This document shows positions 26,709 to 35,120 of a DNA stretch of 35,260 nucleotides, piece after piece. The DNA is from Candidatus Kuenenbacteria bacterium (GTDB lineage: Bacteria; Patescibacteriota; Patescibacteriia; UBA2196; GWA2-42-15), in the NCBI GenBank assembly GCA_012798565.1, contig JAAZMX010000034.1, forward strand, positions 1 to 35,260. Direction: 5' to 3'. The stretch's first letter is position 1; every line of letters begins with the position of its first letter. Under the pieces are notes generated by a model that saw only the letters and a list, made by a program, of their open reading frames with translations, did no database searches and had not been told where the DNA came from. The translations under genes were made by a program, and so were the position numbers.

Positions 26709-27872
26709 ATGAAAATAGCAGTACTTGCATCAGGCGGCGTGGACAGCTCAGTGGCTTTGAGATTACTCAAAGACCAAGGCCATGAGCTGACGGCTTTTTA
26801 TATTAAAATTTGGATGGAGGATAAATATTCTTTTCTGGGCAAATGTCCCTGGGAAGAAGATTTGGGTTATTTAGAAAAGGTTTGCAAGCAGGCGAAGGTG
26901 CCCTTGGAAATAGTGCCATTGCAAAAAGAATATTGGGCGAGAGTGGTGGCTGAAGCCATTAAAGAGGTCAAAGCCGGGCGGACACCCAATCCGGATATTT
27001 TGTGCAATCAATTTATAAAGTTTGGGGTGTTTTATGATTATATTGGTAAGGATTTTGAAAAGGTGGCAACGGGGCATTACGCGCAAGTAGAGGAACACCA
27101 CCCTGTCCCTCGGCGAGCTCGGGTCACCCCTCCTCAGAGAGGAGGGGAAAACCTCCCACCTCCTCCCTCCCCGATATTAATCGGGGAGGACTCCCCCTCG
27201 GGCAGGGGGAGAAAATTTTATTTAAAATGTTCACCGGATAAAATCAAAGATCAGACATATTTTTTGGCGCGCTTGAACCAGGAGCAGTTGGCGCGAGCGA
27301 TATTTCCCATTGGCCAATATACCAAAGAGGAAGTGAGAAAATTGGCCAGAAAATATAATTTACCAAACAAAGACCGCAAAGACAGCCAGGGGATTTGTTT
27401 TCTGGGCAAGATAAAATATCGTGATTTTTTGGAAGCGCATTTGGGGAAGAAAGAGGGTGATTTGATTAATATTAAAACCGGAGACAAGATGGGAGAGCAC
27501 GAAGGATTTTGGTATTATACGATTGGTCAAAGGAAGGACATCAAATTGTCGGGCGGACCGTGGTACGTGGTCAAAAAAAATATCAAGAAAAATATTATTT
27601 ATATTGGGCGCGAGAGCGAGGTAGTCGAGAAACGAAGAGATGAATTCACGGTTGGTGATGTCAAGTGGATTTTGGGCCGCTGGCCGGGAAAGAAAAATTT
27701 AAAAGTGAAGATCCGACACGGGAAAAATTTTTATCAGTGTTGGCTGACCTTTGGCCAAAAAGGAAAAATTAAGGTAAAATTAGAGCAAGCAGACGCCGGT
27801 ATCGCGGCCGGGCAATACGCGGTTTTTTATGACGACGGATACTGTTTGGGCGGAGGAATAATTGAAGAATAA
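26709..27872 (+). CDS. mnmA: tRNA 2-thiouridine(34) synthase with an in-frame palindromic insertion
   Basis: SGGVDSSV, TPNPDILCN, ATGHYA, KDQTYFL, DSQGICF, YTIGQR and GQYAVFY. Confidence 0.97.
   Translation: MKIAVLASGGVDSSVALRLLKDQGHELTAFYIKIWMEDKYSFLGKCPWEEDLGYLEKVCKQAKVPLEIVPLQKEYWARVVAEAIKEVKAGRTPNPDILCNQFIKFGVFYDYIGKDFEKVATGHYAQVEEHHPVPRRARVTPPQRGGENLPPPPSPILIGEDSPSGRGRKFYLKCSPDKIKDQTYFLARLNQEQLARAIFPIGQYTKEEVRKLARKYNLPNKDRKDSQGICFLGKIKYRDFLEAHLGKKEGDLINIKTGDKMGEHEGFWYYTIGQRKDIKLSGGPWYVVKKNIKKNIIYIGRESEVVEKRRDEFTVGDVKWILGRWPGKKNLKVKIRHGKNFYQCWLTFGQKGKIKVKLEQADAGIAAGQYAVFYDDGYCLGGGIIEE
27096..27211 (+). repeat. In-frame palindromic element inside mnmA
   Basis: Three GC-rich hairpins (27127-47, 27166-89, 27191-211) encoding HHPVPRRARVTPPQRGGENLPPPPSPILIGEDSPSGRGR. 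Confidence 0.85.
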
Positions 27873-27946
27873 AGAGGTAAGTAAACCAAACGAAGAGGAA
27901 GTGGCGATTTATCTATACACAATAAACAATTAGCAATAAACAATAA

Positions 27947-28549
27947 ATGATTTTATTTTTTGGAAAAGATAAAAATCTAAAAGAGAAGATCGCTTATGTT
28001 ATTTCTAGAATATTTGAGCCGCTTTTGTGGTTGGGGCTACTTGGGGTGGCAGTGATATCGTCGCCAGCTATGGATGGCCATAGCCGAACTATGTGGTCAG
28101 CGGAACTTTTGGTTTTTTTGGTTGGCTTGCCGCTTTTGACTTTGTGGCTGGCTTTTAAAAAGGGCAAGATTACCGATATTGATTTTACCAAAAAAGAAGA
28201 GCGCACGCCGTATTTGTTGGCAGTGATTTTTTATTGGGCCTTGGGTATGATTTTGACTTGGGGACTAGGCGGACCAAAGATTATTACCAAACTATTATTG
28301 GTAGCGGTGATTCTGGGAATAATGATGTTGGTGATAAATTTTCGCTATAAAGTGAGCGGGCACGCTTTGGGCTATACGATCGCGGTTTTGTTGATGAATG
28401 AATTTTATAATTGGCAATATTGGTGGTTGATTATTTTGGTGCCCGTGGTGTGGTGGTCGCGCCAAGCGCAAAAGAAACACACTTGGGGACAGTTAGTTTT
28501 GGGATCGCTTTTGGCAGTAGCTGGGTGGATGATTTGGCGAATATTTTAA
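27947..28549 (+). CDS. Integral membrane protein, PAP2-like
   Basis: Multiple TM helices with KVSGHA and WSR....KHT, resembling the PAP2 C2/C3 motifs. Confidence 0.7.
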   Translation: MILFFGKDKNLKEKIAYVISRIFEPLLWLGLLGVAVISSPAMDGHSRTMWSAELLVFLVGLPLLTLWLAFKKGKITDIDFTKKEERTPYLLAVIFYWALGMILTWGLGGPKIITKLLLVAVILGIMMLVINFRYKVSGHALGYTIAVLLMNEFYNWQYWWLIILVPVVWWSRQAQKKHTWGQLVLGSLLAVAGWMIWRIF

Positions 28550-28604
28550 AATTTAAAAATCAAAAATCAAAATTTTGGTATCCCGCTGGCGCGGGATGTT
28601 TATG
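28548..28604 (+). repeat. (AAAATCA)n-TTTTGGTATC-hairpin module, copy 1
   Basis: aaaaatcaaaaatcaaaattttggt-ATCCCGC-tggc-GCGGGAT-gtttatg. A second copy lies at 33064. Confidence 0.7.
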
Positions 28605-28623
28605 ATTTTATTATCTGCATTTT

Positions 28624-28648
28624 AAAATACCCCGTGAGGGGTATTTTT
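28624..28648. terminator. Bidirectional terminator between convergent genes
   Basis: AAAATACCCC-GTGA-GGGGTATTTTT. Confidence 0.8.
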
Positions 28649-28659
28649 GGTGAGGAAAT

Positions 28660-30705
28660 TTATTCCAGAATAACTTTGATGTCCACAATTATTGGCGGTT
28701 GATCAGGATAGAAGATGATGGGATTGAGGTCGAGCTCTTTAACCGTAGGGTTTTCCAGGGCGAGAGCGCTGACAAGTTTTAGATTTTCAATTACCAAGTG
28801 GAGATCTATTTTTTGTTTGGCCAAGAGACGACCAAGAGGTGAGTTTGTAATTTTTTCTTTGAAGTATTTTGGTGTGCCCTGGGGTGAGAAAAATATTTTG
28901 GTGTTGAAAATTTCCGTAGCGATGCCGCCGAGGGCGAGCATGATGACTGGACCGAAGTTATTGTCACGCTTTAGGCCGATAATCAGCTCGAGGCCGGATT
29001 CGATTTGCGGCTGAACGATAAGATCGGTTTGGGGGAATTTGGTTTGGAGGATTTTGGCTGAGCTTAGTAATTGTTCGGGACTTTTGATATTAAGAATCAG
29101 ACCACCTTCTTTGTTTTTGTGAAGAATTTTATCGCTGTCTATTTTCAGGACGGTAGGATAGCTGATTTTTTGAGGATCAAGAGAATTAAAGCGTGGAGCG
29201 GGCAGAATATTGAGGTGATATGATTGGCCAAGGTAGAGAGCTTCGCTAAAAAGAAGAATAGAGCGCTGGCGATTTTTTATCTGCTCCAGATAATGGTTAT
29301 TTTTTTTCTGGCGCGTTGATATTTTCACTGGTTGAGTCAAAGCAATATTAATATTTTTTTTATTCTGCCAGAGATAATATTTTTCCAGCGACCGGACGGC
29401 GTAGAGCGGGTCGTCAAAATTGGACAGCTGGGTGTCGGGGGCGATGGATTTGGCAATAATCGCGCTCATAATAACCGGTACGACCGGGAAATGACAATAT
29501 TTTTGGGCGGAGATGATGGTTTGCCAGATGGCGGGGGGGTTGGTCTGAACTTGAGCAGTGGCGAGGACGATAAGCGAGCCAATTTTTTTATTTTTTGAAA
29601 GTTCTTTTATGGCAGCTTCATAGCGGACATGGTTGGCGTCGCCACGCAGGTCCAAGGGATTGCCAAAAGAGCTGGCTTCTGGCAATTGTTTTTGGAGATA
29701 AAATTTTTCCGCCGTGGAGAATTCATGGAGATTCAGGATTTTGCTTTTGGCTACCAAATCAGCGGCGATAATACCCGGGCCGCCGGCATTGGTGACAAGG
29801 GCGACAGTATTATTGGCGGGAGCTTTGAAATAAGAGAATATTTTGAGATAACCGAGAAATTCACCAAGGCTATGAGCAATGATGCCACCGCAGTCAGCGA
29901 TCAGAGATTCGGCTACCTCTTCATCACCAGCCATGGCGCCAGTGTGTGAGATGATAGCGGCTTGGGTTTTTTCCGTAACACCAGCTTTGATGATGATAAC
30001 TGGTTTTTGGGGGCAGATTTTTTGAAGGGCAGCCAGAAATTCAGGGCCGCGTTTGATATTTTCCAGATAAAGACCAATGACCTTGGTTTGTTTATCAGAG
30101 GCATAATAGGCCAGGAAGTCGGTTTCATCAAGGACAGTTTTATTACCAATAGTGGCCAGCGAGGAAAAGCCAAGATTTTCTCTTTTGCCAAGATCAAGGA
30201 GGGCGGCGGCAAAAGCACCGGATTGAGAAATCAAACCAATAGAACCGGAGAGAAAATTATTGGGAGCGAAAGAGGCATTGAGGCCGTTTTGGGTATTGAT
30301 AATACCGAGACAGTTGGGGCCGATGATTTTCAGATTATATTTTTGGGCCAACTCGGAGATTTGCTGTTCCAGTTTTTGGCCGGCAGGTCCAGCCTCGGAA
30401 AAACCGGCGGAAATAATGATAAAGTTTTTGAGGGGTTTGGGAAGGGTGGCGCATTCACTCAAGATGGCCGGGACAGTGGGCGCTGGCGTGGCGATGAGAC
30501 ACAAATCAATTTCTTTTTTTATTTCTTTGACGGAAGGATAACATTTCAGATCTTTGATTTGCTGGTATTTGGGATTGACTGGATAGATTTGGTCTGGGAA
30601 GCGGTTGGCAAGAAGATTATTCAAAATAATACCGCCAATTTTTTCCGTTTTGGTGGAAGCGCCGATGATGGCGATGGAATGGGGAGAAAAAAAAGTTTTT
30701 AACAT
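28660..30705 (-). CDS. ADP-forming acetate/acyl-CoA ligase family protein (fused CoA-binding + ATP-grasp)
   Basis: SIAIIGAS, YPVNP, ISAGFSE, GPNCLG, SQSGA, SHTGAMAG (phospho-His), TNAGGPG, NPLDL and ELDLNP. Confidence 0.92.
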   Translation of the reverse strand: MLKTFFSPHSIAIIGASTKTEKIGGIILNNLLANRFPDQIYPVNPKYQQIKDLKCYPSVKEIKKEIDLCLIATPAPTVPAILSECATLPKPLKNFIIISAGFSEAGPAGQKLEQQISELAQKYNLKIIGPNCLGIINTQNGLNASFAPNNFLSGSIGLISQSGAFAAALLDLGKRENLGFSSLATIGNKTVLDETDFLAYYASDKQTKVIGLYLENIKRGPEFLAALQKICPQKPVIIIKAGVTEKTQAAIISHTGAMAGDEEVAESLIADCGGIIAHSLGEFLGYLKIFSYFKAPANNTVALVTNAGGPGIIAADLVAKSKILNLHEFSTAEKFYLQKQLPEASSFGNPLDLRGDANHVRYEAAIKELSKNKKIGSLIVLATAQVQTNPPAIWQTIISAQKYCHFPVVPVIMSAIIAKSIAPDTQLSNFDDPLYAVRSLEKYYLWQNKKNINIALTQPVKISTRQKKNNHYLEQIKNRQRSILLFSEALYLGQSYHLNILPAPRFNSLDPQKISYPTVLKIDSDKILHKNKEGGLILNIKSPEQLLSSAKILQTKFPQTDLIVQPQIESGLELIIGLKRDNNFGPVIMLALGGIATEIFNTKIFFSPQGTPKYFKEKITNSPLGRLLAKQKIDLHLVIENLKLVSALALENPTVKELDLNPIIFYPDQPPIIVDIKVILE

Positions 30706-30908
30706 AAAAAAGAGACTAATTGTCTGGTAAGAATATTATAACATAAAGGTTAAAGAGAGGTAAATAATACGAATTACAAATCTATTACAAATATACAAAT
30801 AAATTCCAAAGTTTGATGATTTGAATGGGAAAGTTAAAATATAAATAAGAATTATTTGTATATTGGTAAATATTTGTAGATTTGTATTGATATGGTAAAA
30901 TGGGGGAT

Positions 30909-32615
30909 ATGACAAAAAAGTGGATTATCAAAGATAAATATAACGGAGAGTGGGCGGATAAATTTCCGGAGATAAATTTGGTTGTTTTGCAGCTGCTTTT
31001 CAATCGGGATTTGGATACTCAAGACAAGATTGACCAATTTTTGGGACCGGATTATTTGCGAGATCAAGGAGAGCCGTTTTTATTTAGGGAAATGAAGGTG
31101 GCGGTGGAGAGAATTTTTCAGGCCTTGGACAAACAGGAGAAAATTGTCATTTATGGGGATTATGACGCAGACGGAGTGACGGCCACGGCAGTGATGTTTT
31201 TGACTTTACAAAGGCTCGGAGCGAGAAATTTAAAAGTATATATTCCCAACCGCTTGACTGAAGGCTATGGCATGAACGAGGAAGCGGTAGAAGAGCTGGC
31301 CAAGAGCGGAACAAAACTGATCATCACAGTGGACTGCGGTATTTCCAATAAAAAAGAGGTAGCTTTGGCCAAAGAAAGAGGTATGGAAGTGATCATTAGC
31401 GATCATCATTTGGAGCCGGCGGAAATACCGGAAGCCTTGGCGGTGATTTGTCCAACATTGAAAAAAGAGAAATATCCTTTCAAAAAATTGGCCGGGGTGG
31501 GAGTAGCGTTTAAATTGGCGCAAGCATTATTGCGCAGTGATAAAAAACAAAATAACGATGCTTTCGAGAAATGGTTGTTGGATTTGGTGGCCATCGGTAC
31601 GATTGCCGATGCGATGCCGCTTTTGGAGGAGAACCGGACATTGGTGAAGTGGGGTCTGATTGTTTTGAACAAAACACAGCGTTTGGGCTTGAGAGAATTG
31701 ATGGGTTTGGCCCAAGCGAGTGAATTGGATACCCATGGGGTGGCTTTCCAGATCGCGCCAAGGTTGAATGCCGCCGGCCGGATGGATCACGCCAATACAG
31801 CTTATGAGCTTTTGGTGACCGGAGATGAGGCCGACGCTTTGGCGATTGCTAATGACTTGAATCAGAAAAATCAAGCACGTCAGAAGGCAACCGAAGAAAT
31901 GTTAAAGATATCCTGGGAACAGATTGGAGAGCCGAGTGAAAAAGAGAAAATATTGTTTAGTACCTATGATGGTTGGTCGCCAGGCTTGGTCGGACTGGTG
32001 GCGGGGAAGCTGTGCGATAAGTTTAATCGGCCGGTGATTGTTTTTGGCAAGTCCGGGAACGAGTACGTGGCTTCGGGCCGGAGCGTGCCGGAATTCGATA
32101 TTACCGGAGCGTTGAATCAGTGCCGTGAATTTTTGGCGGAATTTGGCGGGCACGAGCAGGCGTGCGGTTTGACGATTATCGGAGAAGAAAATTATGAAAA
32201 ATTTAAAACTAAAATCGGGCAACTCGCGGAAGATAAATTAGCCGGGGTGGAATTAATTCCAAGCATTTTTATTGAGACGGAAATGACCCTAAAAGAAGCC
32301 AGCTGGGAGATCATTGATGCGTTGGAAAAATTTGAGCCGTTTGGCGAGGGCAATAGGGAGCCATTATTTATAACCAAAAATCTGCGCGTGGAAGAGATAA
32401 ATACAATGGGCACAATGGGGCAACATTTGCGATTTGCTTTGAGTGATACGAATACCAAGCTGACCAGGAAATTTGTGGGCTTTGGGTTGAGCGGTGAATG
32501 GATTGAAAAAATCAAAGTTGGCGACCGGGTAGATGTGGTATATGAATTTGGAGTGAATGAGTGGAACGGGAATAGAGAATTGCAGTTTAAGATTGTGGAT
32601 TTAAAGCTCGTTTAA
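30909..32615 (+). CDS. recJ: Single-stranded-DNA-specific exonuclease RecJ
   Basis: YGDYDADG, TVDCG, DHH, GTIAD, PRLNAAGR, SGRS and FGGH. The start is 30909 or 30900. Confidence 0.96.
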   Translation: MTKKWIIKDKYNGEWADKFPEINLVVLQLLFNRDLDTQDKIDQFLGPDYLRDQGEPFLFREMKVAVERIFQALDKQEKIVIYGDYDADGVTATAVMFLTLQRLGARNLKVYIPNRLTEGYGMNEEAVEELAKSGTKLIITVDCGISNKKEVALAKERGMEVIISDHHLEPAEIPEALAVICPTLKKEKYPFKKLAGVGVAFKLAQALLRSDKKQNNDAFEKWLLDLVAIGTIADAMPLLEENRTLVKWGLIVLNKTQRLGLRELMGLAQASELDTHGVAFQIAPRLNAAGRMDHANTAYELLVTGDEADALAIANDLNQKNQARQKATEEMLKISWEQIGEPSEKEKILFSTYDGWSPGLVGLVAGKLCDKFNRPVIVFGKSGNEYVASGRSVPEFDITGALNQCREFLAEFGGHEQACGLTIIGEENYEKFKTKIGQLAEDKLAGVELIPSIFIETEMTLKEASWEIIDALEKFEPFGEGNREPLFITKNLRVEEINTMGTMGQHLRFALSDTNTKLTRKFVGFGLSGEWIEKIKVGDRVDVVYEFGVNEWNGNRELQFKIVDLKLV

Positions 32616-32648
32616 ACATATAAATATTTAAGCATTAAAACAAGATAT

Positions 32649-33065
32649 ATGCATAAGCATGAAAGTCTTACTATTTTTACTGACGGTGGAGCGAGAGGCA
32701 ATCCGGGGCCGGCAGGCGTGGGCTTGGTGATATTTGACGAGAGCGGAGAGAAATTATTGGCTACGCATAAAAAATATATCGGCGAGGCGACCAATAATGT
32801 GGCCGAGTACAGCGCGGTGATTCTGGCGATGGAAGAAGCAAAAAAAATGGGCGCTGAAGAATTGGGTTTTGTCTTGGACTCGGAATTGGTGGTGAAACAG
32901 TTAAATGGTGAGTACAAGGTAAAAAATGAAGATCTGGGAAAATTATTCATTAAGATTTATAACCTCAGACAGCAATTTCGCAAAGTGACTTTTCGGCACG
33001 TGCCGCGCGAACAGAACAAATTGGCGGACAAATTGGTGAATGAGGCGATAGACAGTAGAAATTAA
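32649..33065 (+). CDS. rnhA: Ribonuclease HI family protein
   Basis: TDGGARGNPGPAG, TNNVAEY, DSELVVKQ and HVPREQNKLAD. Confidence 0.93.
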   Translation: MHKHESLTIFTDGGARGNPGPAGVGLVIFDESGEKLLATHKKYIGEATNNVAEYSAVILAMEEAKKMGAEELGFVLDSELVVKQLNGEYKVKNEDLGKLFIKIYNLRQQFRKVTFRHVPREQNKLADKLVNEAIDSRN

Positions 33066-33121
33066 AAAATCAAAAATCAAAAATCAAAATTTTGGTATCA
33101 CCCTTCGGGTGATGATTTATG
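33064..33121 (+). repeat. (AAAATCA)n-TTTTGGTATC-hairpin module, copy 2
   Basis: aaaaaatcaaaaatcaaaaatcaaaattttggt-ATCACCC-ttc-GGGTGAT-gatttatg. Confidence 0.7.
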
Positions 33122-33129
33122 TCAATAGC

Positions 33130-33158
33130 TTGATTTACTGAGCTAGTTTTGTTAAGAT
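33130..33158 (+). promoter_or_regulatory. Putative promoter giving a leaderless alaS mRNA
   Basis: TTGATT-17 nt-TAAGAT with TGn extension. The ATG lies 6 nt after the -10. Confidence 0.55.
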
Positions 33159-33164
33159 TTTTAT

Positions 33165-35039
33165 ATGATTACTGCCAAAGAATTACGACAAAAGTATATA
33201 GATTTTTTTAAAGCCAAAGGGCACACGCCAATACCCAGCGCGTCTTTGATGCCGGAAAATGATCCGTCGGTTTTGTTTACCACGGCGGGTATGCACCCTT
33301 TGGTGCCGTTTCTTTTGGGCGAAAAGCACCCAGCCGGCGCTAGATTGGTTAATTCACAAAAATGTATCCGCACCGGTGATATTGATGAGGTGGGTGATAA
33401 AATTCACCATACTTTTTTTGAAATGTTGGGACATTGGTCACTCGGTGATTATTTTAAAGAAGAGGCAATAAAGATGAGTTATGAATTTTTGACCAATGGG
33501 CTGGGGTTGGATAAAGGCAGACTAGCATTTACTGTTTTTGCCGGTGATGACAATGCTCCAGTGGATGAAGAGGCGGCTAGTGTTTGGCGGTCGCTGGGAA
33601 TAAAAAAAGAAAGGATAGTTTATTTGCCGAAAGCGGATAATTGGTGGGAGCCGTCTGGCTCTGGCGGGCCGTGTGGGCCATGTACTGAGATGTTTTATTG
33701 GTCGGATAAGGAAACGTCAGTGCCAGAGTCATTTGAGCCGAGCGATAAAAGATGGGTGGAGATCGGCAACGATGTTTTGATGCAGTATGAAAAGAAGGGT
33801 GAGAATAATTATATATTGGCTCATCAAAAGAATATTGATAATGGTACTGGGCTAGAGAGAAATTTGGCGATCTTGAATGGTTTTGACGATAATTATTTGA
33901 TAGATCTTTTTTGGCCGATAATTTTGAAAATTGAGGAGTTGAGTGGTAAGAAATACCTCATCCCGGTCTTATCATTAGAAAAGAGAGGAGGAGATGAAGA
34001 TGATACTCCTCTGTCCGCAGTAGCGGACACCTCCCCTAAGTTAGGGGAGGATGTAAAGAGGTCGATGCGGATTATTGCCGATCATCTGCGGGCGGCGGTG
34101 ATGATTATGGGCGATGATCTGGGTATCGCACCATCTAATGTGGATCAGGGTTATGTGGTCAGAAAATTGATTCGCCGGGCGATTCGCCATGGCCGGATGA
34201 TTGACATTCAAGAAAATTTCACGGATAAAATTGCCGCAGTGGTGATAGAAATAATGGGTGAGGCTTATCCGGAATTGGAACGAAACAGGAAATTTATTAT
34301 GGATAATTTAGTGGCAGAGGAAGAGAAGTTCGGGAAGACATTGCAGGAGGGGCTGAAAGTTTTTCATGAAAGCATTAAAACATTAAAGCATGAAAGCAAA
34401 AATGCAGTGGATGGGAAGTCGGCATTTGATCTTTATCAGTCATATGGGTTTCCGTTGGAGTTGACAAAAGAATTGGCCAAAGAAAATGGTTTGGAAGTTG
34501 ATGAGGTTGGCTTTGAGGAAGAATTTAAAAAGCACCAAGAGTTGTCGCGCACTGCGGCGGCGGGAAAATTTAAAGGCGGACTGGCCGATCATTCAGAAAA
34601 AGTGACAGCGTATCATACGGCGACGCATCTTTTGAACGCGGCCTTGAGACAAGTTTTGGGCGAGCACGTTTTTCAGAAAGGTTCTAATATTACAGAAGAG
34701 CGTTTGCGATTTGATTTTTCCCATCCGGAAAAAATGACGGCTGAGCAGATTAAACAAGTGGAAGATTTAGTGAATGAAATAATCCAAAAAAATGTGGCCG
34801 TGGAATGCGCGGAAATGACGGCCGAGGAAGCCAAAGTCCGAGGCGCTATTGGGGTATTCGCGGATAAGTATGGAGAAAAGGTAAAGGTGTATTCCGTGGG
34901 TGGTGGGGATATTTGTTTTTCCAAAGAGATTTGCGGCGGGCCACATGTGGAGAGGACAGGGGGGATGGGACATTTTAGAATCATAAAAGAGGAAGCTAGC
35001 TCGGCGGGAGTTCGACGTATTAAAGCAGTATTAGAATAG
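33165..35039 (+). CDS. alaS: Alanine--tRNA ligase (no C-Ala domain) with repeat-derived insertions
   Basis: LFTTAGM, HHTFFEMLG, GPCGPCTE, IDNGTGLER, IIADH, HTATHLL and EICGGPHV. The protein ends GVRRIKAVLE. Confidence 0.97.
   Translation: MITAKELRQKYIDFFKAKGHTPIPSASLMPENDPSVLFTTAGMHPLVPFLLGEKHPAGARLVNSQKCIRTGDIDEVGDKIHHTFFEMLGHWSLGDYFKEEAIKMSYEFLTNGLGLDKGRLAFTVFAGDDNAPVDEEAASVWRSLGIKKERIVYLPKADNWWEPSGSGGPCGPCTEMFYWSDKETSVPESFEPSDKRWVEIGNDVLMQYEKKGENNYILAHQKNIDNGTGLERNLAILNGFDDNYLIDLFWPIILKIEELSGKKYLIPVLSLEKRGGDEDDTPLSAVADTSPKLGEDVKRSMRIIADHLRAAVMIMGDDLGIAPSNVDQGYVVRKLIRRAIRHGRMIDIQENFTDKIAAVVIEIMGEAYPELERNRKFIMDNLVAEEEKFGKTLQEGLKVFHESIKTLKHESKNAVDGKSAFDLYQSYGFPLELTKELAKENGLEVDEVGFEEEFKKHQELSRTAAAGKFKGGLADHSEKVTAYHTATHLLNAALRQVLGEHVFQKGSNITEERLRFDFSHPEKMTAEQIKQVEDLVNEIIQKNVAVECAEMTAEEAKVRGAIGVFADKYGEKVKVYSVGGGDICFSKEICGGPHVERTGGMGHFRIIKEEASSAGVRRIKAVLE
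34012..34050 (+). repeat. In-frame palindromic element inside alaS
   Basis: TGTCCGC-agta-GCGGACA followed by CCTCCCCTA-agt-TAGGGGAGG. Confidence 0.8.
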
Positions 35040-35086
35040 ACACGGGATCCTTCCCCCGATGTCCTCGGGGAAGGATAAATTTTTTT

Positions 35087-35110
35087 AAACAGGCTTTTAG
35101 CCTGTTTTTT
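35087..35110 (+). terminator. Intrinsic terminator after alaS
   Basis: AAACAGGC-TTTTA-GCCTGTTTTTT, preceded by a REP-like hairpin at 35047-35076. Confidence 0.7.
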
Positions 35111-35120
35111 GGTTTTGCGG

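Noticed and set aside
27096-27211. Intein or intron in mnmA/alaS
   Set aside because: The inserts are too short and lack intein C/S...HN termini or group I/II cores. They match dispersed palindromic repeats instead.
600-30702. Long antisense ORFs (600-1358, 1810-2487, 18227-18796, 29962-30702 and others)
   Set aside because: They are shadows of well-supported genes on the opposite strand and have no motifs of their own.
33165-35039. alaS as a truncated pseudogene
   Set aside because: The catalytic and editing motifs are intact and a terminator follows. AlaRS lacking C-Ala is a known short form.
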